Shown here piece after piece: positions 14,111 through 27,090 of a stretch of 64,000 nt of DNA. The notes beneath the pieces were generated by a model that was given only the letters and a program-made list of their open reading frames with translations, searched no databases and had not been told where the DNA came from. The DNA is taken from NCBI RefSeq assembly GCF_009914755.1, contig NC_060925.1; one strand, given 5' to 3'. The translations under genes were made by a program, and so were the position numbers. Positions within the stretch are counted from its first letter, which is position 1. Every line of letters starts with the position of its first letter. The stretch comes from the human T2T-CHM13v2.0 reference genome, Homo sapiens.

Positions 14111-15227
14111 AGACAAAAGAGACAAGTTCTTTTTATGATAGACTATTTTCTCCCAAGTAAACATTAAAAATTCTTCTACCTTTAGGTGAATCAGTTTCAT
14201 AACCTGTAATTGTCTAGATCTTTTAGTTGAAATAATGAGGCTGACATTTCTTTCTTCCTTACCAACAAACTTTTTTTTTGCCTGAGAATATAATAAGGTT
14301 TAATCTAACTACTAAATATATTTCTAACAATGTAATATGGAGGCAGTGATTCCAAGCTGGAAAGATACTTAATTTATTCAGTTCTTCCCTAATTCAAGGT
14401 AGAACATAAAACATTTCATCTCCACCATGAAGGTTCAGTAGTTTTATCTTTACTAAGGAACAGCTGAAGCTATGTGATTAAGACGACAGGTAATAGAGAA
14501 AGGTGTATTTCTCAGTGGTTTCTAATGTGCTCTCTCCCTGCCTAGTCAACTCCTACACTCCCTTTGAGTCTCAGTTCTGGCTAGATTACCTTTGCTAAAC
14601 TCTGTCAGTCCTTTTTTCGTTCACTCATAATATACTGTGTCCACCTCTAACCATGATGATGTACTTTTTTTGGCTCTGTCTTACATGGTGAGCATCCTGA
14701 AAGACGGGATGAGTAACTGTTCATTTTTGTATTGTTTTCACTAGTAATAAAGAGATCTTTGTTTTAGAACTCTTTTATCATTTGTTGAATGATAAATGAA
14801 TTTTACAGTTCTAGAGGTTATTATGCTCTATAAACATGTGGCCTGAAAACATATATCAATGTACTGCCTTATATAATATGCACGAAAGAAGATAAAATAC
14901 TAGGATAATACCACACCATTCCAGGGTTAGATGAAAAAGTTAACATATTTGTGTATCAAAGATAAAAACATACAATAATTAAAAATCAAGGCAATGTATT
15001 AAAAGCAAGATTTCTAAAAGAAGAATGAACACATTCAACTGTATAGAGTAATATGAGAATAAGTAACTACATTTATAAAACTTGAAGACTGTAACTGAAG
15101 TAAGAAAAGAAATCATACATGAGCCATGAAAAACTGCGTGTTTCCAGCTAGATCATTTGCTGTTAGATCTAAAGTGAGGATCAGAAATAATAAATGTTCT
15201 TCCATATGGAAAAGCTGCATAAATAAT

Positions 15228-15455
15228 AAACAGCCAACTTTTACAGAACATGTCAGGGTGTGCCAGGCACTGTTCTAATCCTTTACATGTACTAACTCAT
15301 TTAATCCTCCCAACAACCCTATAACACAGGTGCTATAGCACCCTATAACAAGGTGTCCCATTTTTTCAGAAGTGAAAACTAAGACAGAAAAGTTAAGTAA
15401 TCTGCCCACAATCATATAGCAGTTTGGCACGGGATTCCATGCTTGTAACCACCAC
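15228..15455 (-). mobile_element. MIR SINE
   Basis: CTCATTTAATCCTCCCAACAACCCTAT...CCCATTTT...AAGTTAAGTAATCTGCCCA core; small internal ACCCTATAACA duplication. Confidence 0.8.
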
Positions 15456-15504
15456 ACCTCATTTGGCCATTTCTTCATTGTCCATAGAGCCTACACAGGA
15501 GCTG

Positions 15505-15650
15505 TGAGATGACCTCCCCATCTCAAGGTCCTTCACATAATCACATCTGCAAAGTCTCTGTTGCCGTGTAATGTAAGAAACATATGCACAGATTCTGAGG
15601 ATTGGGATGTGGACATCTTTGGGAAGGGATGCATTATTTCTGCCTCACAC
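15505..15650. mobile_element. MLT1-type (MaLR) LTR fragment
   Basis: TAATCACATCTGCAAAGTCTCT...GGATTGGGATGTGGACATCTTTGGG motif. Confidence 0.7.
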
Positions 15651-17123
15651 TTCTAAATATGAAAAGCTCTGTATGGCTACAACTGTCTAAATCAAGATTT
15701 CTCAACCTGGGTTCTGTGGAATCCCAGGGTGTCCCTGAACTCGCTAGGAGCTCCACGCAAAAGAGTGATTTCTATCAATGCACTGCCTTTAAATATGCAC
15801 TAAAGACAATAAAATACGAGGATAATACTACACCATCTGCAGCCCCTGCAATGGGCTTTGTACACTGAGCAATGCAGGTTCACAGTGATGGAAAGAGACT
15901 ATGCAGCCCCTATAGCAATTTTATTATAGGTCTTTGAGCCTCATATGGCAGTAAGCAGTTAAGATTATGTTCACTTGACTTGGTCCATTTAGTATTTTTT
16001 TTTTCAGGAGACAGGGGAAGCCACTGGTAGCTGATGAGCTCTATACAGCAGTCTGACGTCAGCCTCTTCAGCTTTACCTGCCCCAACCTTCCCTTATGCA
16101 CCAACAGCTGAAGCAAACATGCTCTACTTGTAGCAAAGAAAACTGGAGGAAATTTTTCAATTCAATGTGATTTCTAAAGAAGAGGTATGAGCTAGGAGAG
16201 GAAGGTTCTAAGCCTAAGCATAGAGACAATTCTCCCTAAGTAAAAACAATGAATTTCAAGCTTCTGAATCATTTCACTGCACTAGTGCACTGGGAAAAAC
16301 AAAAAAGTCCATTTAATGATGAGACCTACTTATTAATATGGTTGTACCTGGATGGATAATTTCCAAGTTGCCTCATCTGTGAAAAACACTTTATCAATGC
16401 AGCAATGGATCCAACAAAATCGAGAAATCGCAACTACAAGTCACAACCATTGATAAGTAAAGACACCGATTATTTTGATATCCTAATGGCCATTTAAAAT
16501 AGAGTAAAGCTTTTTTTTTTTCTAAAGTAATGTTCACTTAAAAAAGGCTCAAAAAGGAAATTACTTAGTAGCAGAGCTTAATGCCCAGAGGAAGAAAAGT
16601 CACACAGTGGGCAAGGATCTCATAATGCCTGCATGTGAAATTACAAGACGTTTTTAGCACAAGATATAGTATAAGAAATTTAAAAGGCTCTATTCCCAAA
16701 CCGCGCAATAAGTGGACACAAGAGATGACTTTTCATATCCTGAAGAGGTTTTGTGATAAACTATAAAAAAAAAGCTTCTCTATTGAGTCTAAAAATTTTA
16801 CCAATAAATGACATGCTATAGCATTTGTAAGGTCTATAAAGAATGGTGTACTCAAGAAAACTGTTTCTGCTGTGAAGTCCCCAAACAAGCAAAGGCCAAG
16901 CTGGATTTCACGCCCTGTCCTCACGTGTACCTCTGAGGAACTGCCCTGGGCTGTACACTGTGGTGTCAAACAGAAAACGCTGACACTGTCAACTCATGGC
17001 TTTCTTCACTGAAGTGCTGCTATCAAAATTCTCACAAATAAAATGAAAACTGGTTCTAGGTATCAGAGAAATGGCTAAGTTTATTCAACAAAGACCAGTT
17101 CACTCAAGAATGTTTTGAAAATT

Positions 17124-17419
<296 letters not shown>

Positions 17420-17486
17420 AAGAACGTTTTGAAAACTGTACAAGTGTCTAACCTAGCAACAGGGCAGGCTCTCAGAAGAGTGTGTT

Positions 17487-18750
17487 ATAGCCACTGCCAC
17501 CATGGGGAGGGGATGTGGACTGTGCAAGCAAGTCCTCTGTCCATGCTGGCCATGTGAATCCCCAGATGACCACCAAGGTGTCCAGCAATCAGTACCACTC
17601 TCCCTCCTACAGCTGGTACAGAGAAAAGCGGAGGAACATCTGAGGCCCCTCACTTACAACTTCTCTGTTCCAAGAGGAAGCTGATAAAAATGGAGATCCC
17701 AGCAAGGAGTAGGATCTTCTCACATTGACTAGTTCTGTGTGTGGCCAAAGGCACTCTGGACAATGGAGATTACGGAGAACCAGACTATGAATGGATGAGG
17801 AGTCTGGGGTTACACGGAAGGGACTTGAAGTCAGTGAAATCCTTTAAGACCCTGTCTTCACACAGAGAAGAGGAAGGCTGCCATTTCCTTTTTTGTCTTA
17901 TTATTTCTGCTTTTAAAAAAATTGCTACTGTTTACATCATATACCACCACCAAAGGAAAATTTTTCTTTTGGTCCAGAAGGGCAAATGGCATGATGGTCT
18001 TTGTTCTAAAATAGTAGTATATCACCACCTAGACCAGAACGTTAAAGAGGCAATGCCTTCTCAGAAAATTACTAAGGATTGTATCTTCTGAAAACATCGT
18101 GATTTGAATTTGCTTATTAAGTTTATTTGATTTTTATATGATATTTTATAGATGCTTGTCACAGGCACTGGTACTTCAATGAGAGGTCAGTCCTTATGTT
18201 GCCTTGGTGCTTTGAAAATTAAATGTCATGAACAAAGAGTACATAATTTTTTATCCACACTTTTAGGACAGAATTCAATCAGGTGTCTAAAATGCAAACT
18301 CAACATTATCATAATATATACATATGATAATATATATACCCATGATAATATATGCATTGCTAGTTTCCACCATTTTTAACTTATCATACTTGTAATTAAA
18401 TTTGCATATCTGGTACATATCTGATTTTCTCAGTCATCCAAATTTTTTTTGAGTATATATTTCTTTGTGCTGCCAAAACATAATAAAAATATACATACTT
18501 GATAATGCTTTGCATTATTTTGAGATAATTTTTAACACAGTTTAAGGTAAAGATACTGCTCAAACTGGCTACAATATTTGGTAGATGGAAGATAACACAT
18601 GAAATGTGTCTTGAAAATCTGGCAATAGAAAATCTTTGCAATTTGCATTGCACATAGATAACAGGTCATAGTGATACCATTTATTTGTTTGAATTGCTGA
18701 GTTACATTTAGAGATAGAAATCGTTGTAAAATATTAAAATACATATGCAA
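17487..18750 (+). pseudogene. Processed pseudogene of C5orf15 (KCT2, keratinocyte-associated transmembrane protein 2); 3' end approximate
   Basis: Intronless. ORF 17741-18091 [17 protein letters not shown]...SVKSFK...[50 protein letters not shown] aligns to recalled C5orf15 [17 protein letters not shown]...[52 protein letters not shown]. Upstream ISTTLPPTAGTEKSGG and QEEADKNGDPS appear in other frames; start codon decayed to ATA; ATTAAA at 18733. Confidence 0.9.
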
Positions 18751-19858
18751 TTTATTTTAGCTAGCAATTGATAAGCAGTTGAGGAACATGGGTTCCTCAA
18801 GCTTTTAAGAGAAAGGCTTTGAAATTATAAGTTTGTTCATTTTGAAATTATCTTAAAAGTTTGACAAAATCTTAGGGGCCATTATCATTGAAATAATATC
18901 GTATGTAGGTCTGTTGAATTAAAACTATACCTGATTAAAGTTGTTTGTAAACACAACCATACACTTCAGATGATATTAACTGCTTGGCCCCTAAACATGT
19001 TCTGGATTTCCACAAAAAAGGAAAGCCCTGATAGTCACAGGAAAGCAATGAACATTTGCTGCAGTTTTTGACTTTCTTACATGTGTGTTAGCAAGAAAAG
19101 AAACTGCTTCATTTCAGCGGAAAATAAAATCCATGCTTTCTTATCTTTCAAGTTCAACTCAGAATTGAATAGTTATGCAGCAGAAAACAAATACAGGTTT
19201 GACATTAAATAGGTAAATTTCATTCTTTATTTTGAGTTTCAAAAATAATGTTTTATGCATACATAAGCCTACGTAAGAGATGAAGAACCAGTACCTATGT
19301 ATAATAATTCTGAAACTGCTAGGACTATTTGAGCTTGGATCATGTTACTTAGTAAGAAAATCTTTTTAAAAGTCTTGTGTAAAGTTGTGTCTTGGCTATT
19401 TTTAAAGTTATATTGCTTTGGTTTATCATTTTATAGCTTTACTATTCAAGACTATCAGTAAATTTTTAGGTTATAAATAATAGGCTATAAGCTTATACTT
19501 TCTATTTAAATGAAATCTACCAAGACTATCTTTAGAAAAGTTAACTCCCATTTTGGCTAAGCCAATTATATAACATAAATATGTTTGTCTTAAAAAATTT
19601 AAATATTTTGAAAAGGAAGGAAGGAGATTAATATCAAGAAAGGTAAGTAAGCTTGACTACCTTTTTTTTATTTTCATGAAAGGCTGGCTAAAAAGTTTTT
19701 AATTTTAAATTTTAAATCAGAAAAAAACTATTCTTGGTCATTCCGTATCTACATACCATACATCATACCCTCACACCTCATTATCTTAACAGTGGTAGTG
19801 GTTAGTATATGAGTTGGTCAAAACTCATTAAAGGTACATATTAAAAAGAATGAATTTC

Positions 19859-20153
19859 TTTTTTTTTTTTGAGACGGAGTCTGGCTGTTGTTAGCCTGGG
19901 TTGGAGTACAATGGCACAACCTTAGCTCACGGCACCTCCGCCTCCCAGGTTCCAGCAATTCTCCTGCCTCAGCTTCCCAAGTAGCTGAGATTACAGGTGC
20001 CCACCACCACGCCTGGCTAATTTTTGTATTTTTAGTAGAGACGGGGTTTCACCATGTTGGCCAGGCTGGTCTCGAACTCCTGACCTCAGGTGATTCACCT
20101 GCCTCGGCCTCCCAAAGTCTTGGAATTACAGGCATGAGCCACTGTGCCCAGCC
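19859..20153 (-). mobile_element. Alu (AluS-like)
   Basis: Antisense dimer; TSD TGAATTTC. Confidence 0.95.
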
Positions 20154-20849
20154 AAGTGAATTTCACATATGTAAATATCCTAGTAAAACTGATTTTAAAT
20201 TTTGGGTTCCCTTTGGGTAACAAGAAAGTTTTTCTTGCTCTATAATTAAAAGTTAAGTATCATCTTGCTATTTCAATGACATTTTCAATGAATATAATTT
20301 TACAAGTTATTTTTTAATAACACAGGCCCTGAACAATATGATCCCAAACCAAATATAGCTAATTAAACCATACATACTCTTTCTTTTAGGGGGGAAAAAA
20401 ATTCAGGGACTAGAAAGGTTCAGTAAGGCATCTGTATCTCTGAAATGAAATATCACAATGCTATATCAGAATACAAATTCAGTTTGGGCTTTATCTTACA
20501 TAGCAAATGGATTTAATTTATGGTAGAAGTTCCTTTTCAACTTAGCAACCTGAACCCCATAAAGACCTTAATCTGCCCACTTCATGATTTACATCATCTG
20601 CTTCTTGTTTGCTACAGAAGTACAGTAAGCAGGAAAACAACCAAATCAGATAGAAATTTATAGAACTGGAAGCTATACCAATTACAGTATGTGGTTTGAA
20701 ACGGCAATAAAAATTATCGAGTCAGTGAAACAGCAAAATATCTCACCATCTTGGCAACCTTGAAATACCCTATAAAAGCAAGAAAAATATAGCTCTATCT
20801 TCATAAAGCAAAGTAAATTGGAAATAATGCCCTTGTACCAAAGAAACAT

Positions 20850-21185
20850 TATTAACAATAAGAGCTACCATTGATAGTGCCTGCAATGTTTCCAATAACC
20901 CTGCAGTATAGGTACTGTTATCCCCATGTAGAGAGGATGACAAGCGTAACAGCCACCACTAATATTCAGCATATGAAAAATACAATGCTAAATGGTTTAT
21001 ACTTAGTATCTTGTTAATCTTCACAGTAACCTTATGAGTTAGGCACTATCATTATCCCATTTTATAAAGAAACAGAAGTTCAGATTGGTTTAGGACACAG
21101 GTGCAAAGTCACTCAACTAGTAATTGGCAGAGCCCAGACTCAAAAGCCCAGTTATCTGTTGGTCCAAGCCTATATTGTTCCTACT
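20850..21185 (-). mobile_element. MIR fragments (two)
   Basis: TAATCTTCACAGTAACCTTATGAGTTAGGCACTATCATTATCCCATTTTATA...GGCAGAGCC core. Confidence 0.7.
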
Positions 21186-21619
21186 CCAAATGACTACTGT
21201 TCAAGGAGTATTCAAAATACTGGAATATTAATTATGAAGAAAGCTATCTGAACAGCACACAGATTGTATTTAACTATAATGGAAAGCTTCTAGAATCTCT
21301 TCTAAAATGCATCACAATATTATAGCAGATTGCTATACTTCCTAAAGTAAACTAGTTTATTAGAAATAAAAACTGTACTTTATAAGAACAGAACAGAGTA
21401 AAGCAGTAATTGGGAGAGGCAAGAAATTTACCCAGGGTGCTTGCCAAGGTTATTTACAGGGAGGGAAGATACTCATGGAGAGCTTCCAGAAATAAAAAAG
21501 TTTCCGTATATTCTTTGCTTCCCTAAAACAAGATGGGGAAGAAAGGGCAATTGTTCAATATCCACTCCCATGGGTCCACTTTTAACCACCACAATTTGAT
21601 TAATTAAAGAAGTACTTAT

Positions 21620-21923
21620 GGCCGGGCGCAATGGCTCATGCCTGTAAACCCAGCACTATGAGAGGCTGAGGCAGGTGGATCACCTGAGGTCAGGAGTTCG
21701 AGACCAGCCTGGCCAACATGGCGAAACCCTGTCTCTACTAACAATACAAAAATTAGCCGGGTGTGGTGGCATGCACCTAGAATCCCAGCTACTTGGGAGG
21801 CTGAGATGCGAGAATTGCTTGAAACCTGGGAGGCGGAGTTTGCAGTGAGCCGAGATGGTGCCACTGCACTCCAGCTTGGGTGACAGAACAAGACTCTATC
21901 TCAAAACAAAACAAAACAAAACA
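21620..21923 (+). mobile_element. Alu (AluS-like) with (CAAAA)n tail
   Basis: Full dimer; TSD AAAGAAGTACTTAT. Confidence 0.95.
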
Positions 21924-21942
21924 AAAGAAGTACTTATGACAG

Positions 21943-22492
21943 TCTACAGAAAAGAATTAACATAGCAGGCCTAAGACTGTTATTCTTAGAAAACCTCCTT
22001 GCCAGGTCAGCCCATGGCTGGCATCTGGGATCTTGGATTTGGGGAGGGTTCCCACCATTCCCTGATAAGAATGGTCACTGTGCCTAAACTGTGTGAACAA
22101 TATGGTTTGTGCTAAACATCTTGTTTCTTCTGTAGTCTGGAATTGTGGTCTGTGCCAGGCAGAAGGTACCCACATAATCAGTCCCCAATAAAAGCTTTGG
22201 GCACTGACTCTAAAGAGCTTCTCTAGTAGACAACATTGTGCATTTCACATGTTGTCACAACTTGTTGAATGGGAAATTAAGCACATCTTATGTGACTCTA
22301 CTGGAAGGGGATTCTTGAAAGCTTGCATCTGGTTTCCTCCAGACTTTGCACATATGCCTTTTCTGTTTGCTGATTTTGTTCTTGTGTTCTCTTGTAATGA
22401 ATCCTAGCTATGAATACAACTACATAGTGAGCCTTGTGAGTTGTCCTAGTGAATCACTGAACATGGGAATGGTCCTGAGGACCCCTGACACA
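21943..22492 (+). mobile_element. Solo ERVL-class LTR (MER68-like)
   Basis: Starts CAGAAAAGAATTAACATAGCAGGCCT as in the recalled MER68 consensus, internal AATAAA, ends GACCCCTGACACA; 5-bp TSD GACAG/GATAG. Confidence 0.8.
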
Positions 22493-22671
22493 GATAGTAA
22501 GATAACTTCACACCATACTTATGAAATAGCTACTGCCAATAAAATTTGCCTAAGATTGGCATGAGCTTTAGAGTGGTTGTACTGCCCCACTAGCAAATAC
22601 CAAAGAAAGTTTCAAACACCCTGACTCTGGTTGCAGTTAAATAATGTTTATTTTTAATAAGTGATACCTAC

Positions 22672-22778
22672 CGGGAACTCTAGCAGGAAAAGAATCAGGA
22701 GACCCTGCTCCAGCACCACCCTCTTCTTCATCTTCTTCAAATTCCAAATTCTCTTCTTCACCAGGTGCCAAAATTCTT
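22672..22778 (-). CDS. AIDA: AIDA exon 6 (acidic linker)
   Basis: TTTTGTGTAG acceptor and GTAGGT donor; (R)RILAPGEEENLEFEEDEEEGGAGAGSPDSFPARVP(G); 107 nt. Confidence 0.97.
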
Positions 22779-22889
22779 CTACACAAAAAAAGGGCAGAAA
22801 AAACAACAAACTGCAAAACTAAATATACTAGTGAAGCCTCACAGACACTCGTTTCCCAGGCAAGATGCTGATATAAAAAAATGCTGATA

Positions 22890-23262
<373 letters not shown>

Positions 23263-23336
23263 TTAAGAAAACCCAGAACTATCTGAAAGAGAGGTATAAA
23301 ATAAAATAAGAAAACAAATATAAATGTTTCTTTTAC

Positions 23337-23400
23337 CTTAATGGGACAGGCTGAACATCAAATGGGAATTCTTTATTATATGTAAGAATATTCTTTAGGA
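23337..23400 (-). CDS. AIDA: AIDA exon 5
   Basis: TTCTAG acceptor and GTAAAA donor; (I)LKNILTYNKEFPFDVQPVPL(R); 64 nt. Confidence 0.97.
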
Positions 23401-23760
23401 CTAGAATAAGAAGATAAAGAAACATGAATTCTTCCATGAAGCAAAATCAAAAATTATATCTTAAATGATTAATTTTTAATCAATTTTATTGTGCATATTA
23501 ATATATATAAATTCCCAGCCTTACCACCATTTGAGAGCTACACAGTACATTTGTCCACTGAAGTCTTAGCAAAATTAAAATATCCATGATATACTCTAGG
23601 TACCAGTATCTTCAGAGTAATGTCAGATCTCCAAGAAGAGTAAGTTCCAGAGTCTCAGAGCCCTCATGAAAACTGAGTCCTATCTACAAGTTCCTAGGTG
23701 AGACATGGGGTACCAGAAAAAGAGAATGCCTCCTCCCTATAGTACTTTAATTAAAAGATT

Positions 23761-23952
23761 TGAGCCTGGGCAACACAGGGAGACTCCTATCTCTACAAAA
23801 TAAAAATAAAAATTAGCCAGGCATGGTGGCGCAGGTCTGTGGTCCCAGCTACTCAGGAGGCTGAGGTAGGAGAATCACCTGAGCCTGGGAGGTCAAGGCT
23901 GCAGTGAGCCATGATCACGCCATTGCAAGAATGATACTCTGTTTCAAAAAAA
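23761..23952 (+). mobile_element. 5'-truncated Alu (AluJ-like)
   Basis: Partial left arm, linker and right arm with A tail. Confidence 0.9.
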
Positions 23953-24311
23953 GTTGTATAAAAGATGCCCAGTTAGAGATACATGAGTACATTTTATTCT
24001 CTGTCCTGAGATTTCCTCTCAATGCCATCAAACTGGTAGTTTGTAGCAGCAAGGTTATAATTCTCATATTTCTTTTATGATAAAATTTATTATACTGAGT
24101 CCTGGCATTCTGAGTCTTAAAAAATTATTATAATCAGTCATGCACCACATAATAATGTTTCAGTCAGCGACAGACCACATACATGACAGTGGTCCCATAA
24201 GATTATAATGGAACTGAAAAATTCCAACTGCCTAGTATAAACTGTACTTTTTATAGTATATTGTTTACATAGAACTTACTGTACTTACTACATTTTTTGT
24301 CATTATTTTAG

Positions 24312-24600
<289 letters not shown>

Positions 24601-24898
24601 CCAGAAAAAGTTAATTATAAAACAGCCTCAGGCAGGTCCTTCAGGAGGTATCAGAAGAAGGCATTGTTATCATAGGAGATGACAGCTCCATGTGTGTTAC
24701 TGCCCTGGAAGACCTTCCAGTGGGACAAGATGTGGAGGTGGAAGACAGTGATATTGATGATCCTGACCCCGTGTAGGCCTAAGCTAATGTGTGTGTGTGT
24801 GTGTTTCTTAGTTGTTAAAAAAAAGTTTAAAGAGTAAAAACAAAAATTAAAATAGAAAACACTTATAGAATAAGGACATAAAGAAAAAATATTATTGT

Positions 24899-25200
<302 letters not shown>

Positions 25201-25204
25201 GAAA

Positions 25205-25211
25205 ATATGTA

Positions 25212-25277
<66 letters not shown>

Positions 25278-25378
25278 TACACACACACACATATATATAC
25301 ATATATATGTATATATATGTATATATATATATACACACACACACACATATATATACACACACACACACGTATATATAT
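25205..25378. repeat. Compound (GT)n(AT)22(AC)n microsatellite
   Basis: 174 bp of uninterrupted purine-pyrimidine alternation. Confidence 0.97.
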
Positions 25379-26399
25379 TTGTACAGCTGTACAAAGTGTT
25401 TTTATTTTAAGCTAAATGATATTACAAAAGAGTCAAAAGTTTTAAAAAGTTAAAGTTAATAAAGTTTATATACAGTAAACTAAGGTTAATTTATTATTAA
25501 AGACAGGATAATTTTTACAATAAATTTAGTTTAGCCTAATTGTACAGTGTTTATAAAGTCTACGGTAGTGTACAATAATGTCCTAGGCCTTCATATCCAC
25601 TTATCACTCACTCACTGACTCACCCAGAGCAACTTTCAGTCCTGCAAGCTCCATTCATAGTAAGTACCCTATAAAGGCATACCATTTTATTATCTTTTAT
25701 ATGTACTTTTACTATCCTTTTTCTACTATGTTCAGATAGGTTACATACATAAAAACTTACCACTGTGTTACAATTGCCTACAGTATTCAGTACAGTAACA
25801 GGTTGTAGAGGTTTGTAGCCTAGGAGCAATAGGCTATACCATATAGGCTATACCATCTAGGTTTGTGTAAGTGCACTCTATGATGCTCACACAACAAAAT
25901 CACCTAAGGATGTATTTCCTTGAGTGCATCCCTGTCATTAAGTGACAAATGATTGTATATATACACATGTACTTCCATATTTATATACACACATTCACAA
26001 AGAGGGATTTATCCTGAAGAGAAGACTTCAAACAATATGGGACCACCTCCTGTGTTCTGGCTGTGACCAATCTGTATTTCAATGATTACATTCTGGCATG
26101 TAAACTTAAAGAGAGGCATCTTACAATTCTAGCTACCTCTGAAGGGTATGTATGTAATTCAGTTTCATTTCTGGCCTTATGGGTGCCCAGTAACTACTCG
26201 TGATTACATTAAAGTGAATTCATGGCATAAACTGGAAGACCTAAAAGGCTTCCATGATTTTGTACTCAGTTTACTCAATCTTTAATTTTGGAGTCCTGCA
26301 GTTTAGAGCTAAAATGGGTGTGGCATATTGGCATCCCAAAGGAGGAAATCCAGAGACTGCATGTTGCAATTCCGTGACTTACTCCAACATTCCTTCATC

Positions 26400-26548
26400 T
26401 TATTCTTATATTATAATCTATACGTTTATATGTATATAATCTTATATATAATATATACTCTTCATACATATAATCTATACCTTCTTATATATATAATCTT
26501 ATATACATAATCCACAGTATATTCATTCTTATGTATGTAATCTATACC
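26400..26548. repeat. AT-rich low-complexity, degenerate ATAATCT(T)ATATAC-type repeat
   Basis: Recurring TAATCTATAC and TAATCTTATATA units. Confidence 0.75.
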
Positions 26549-26592
26549 AAACCCTCCTGTGAGAAAGAACTCTGAGGCTGGTGTCTAGATTC

Positions 26593-27090
26593 TCATTCAT
26601 TCTCTTTCTTTCTTCTTCTCAACAAATATGGATTGAGTGCCTATAATGTTCCAATCACTGATTTAGATGCTGAAGAGAACAGTGATAAAGACAGAGAGTC
26701 TTTGCCCTCATATATGGATCTCAGACTCTCATCAGAAAAAGCAATAAGCCAACAAGTAAGAATGTAACTGTGATTAGTGTTATAAAGGACACAAACAGGA
26801 TGAGTGTGTAAATGGATTAAGTAGAGAAGAGGGAAAACTTTAGCTAAGGTAGACAGGGTAAGCCTTTCAAAACCAAATTATTAGAAGACATTTGAGCCAT
26901 GACCTAGGATGAGAGGAACCATATGCAGGCAGCTGTAGGGAAAGGGCTTTCCAGGGATTAGCGAACAGCCTGGAGCAACAACAAAGGCTCTGAGGCAGAA
27001 ACTAGTCAGGCTTATTCAAGGAATAAATCAACTGTATAGCAGAAGTTTGATAAGCAAGGCAGAAGTGGCAGAAGATGAAAGTTAGAAGGT
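26593..27090 (-). mobile_element. L2 LINE 3' fragment
   Basis: CATTCATT...CAACAAATATGGATTGAGTGCCTA...TGCCCTCAT...GACATTTGAGC L2 3'-end motifs. Confidence 0.7.
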
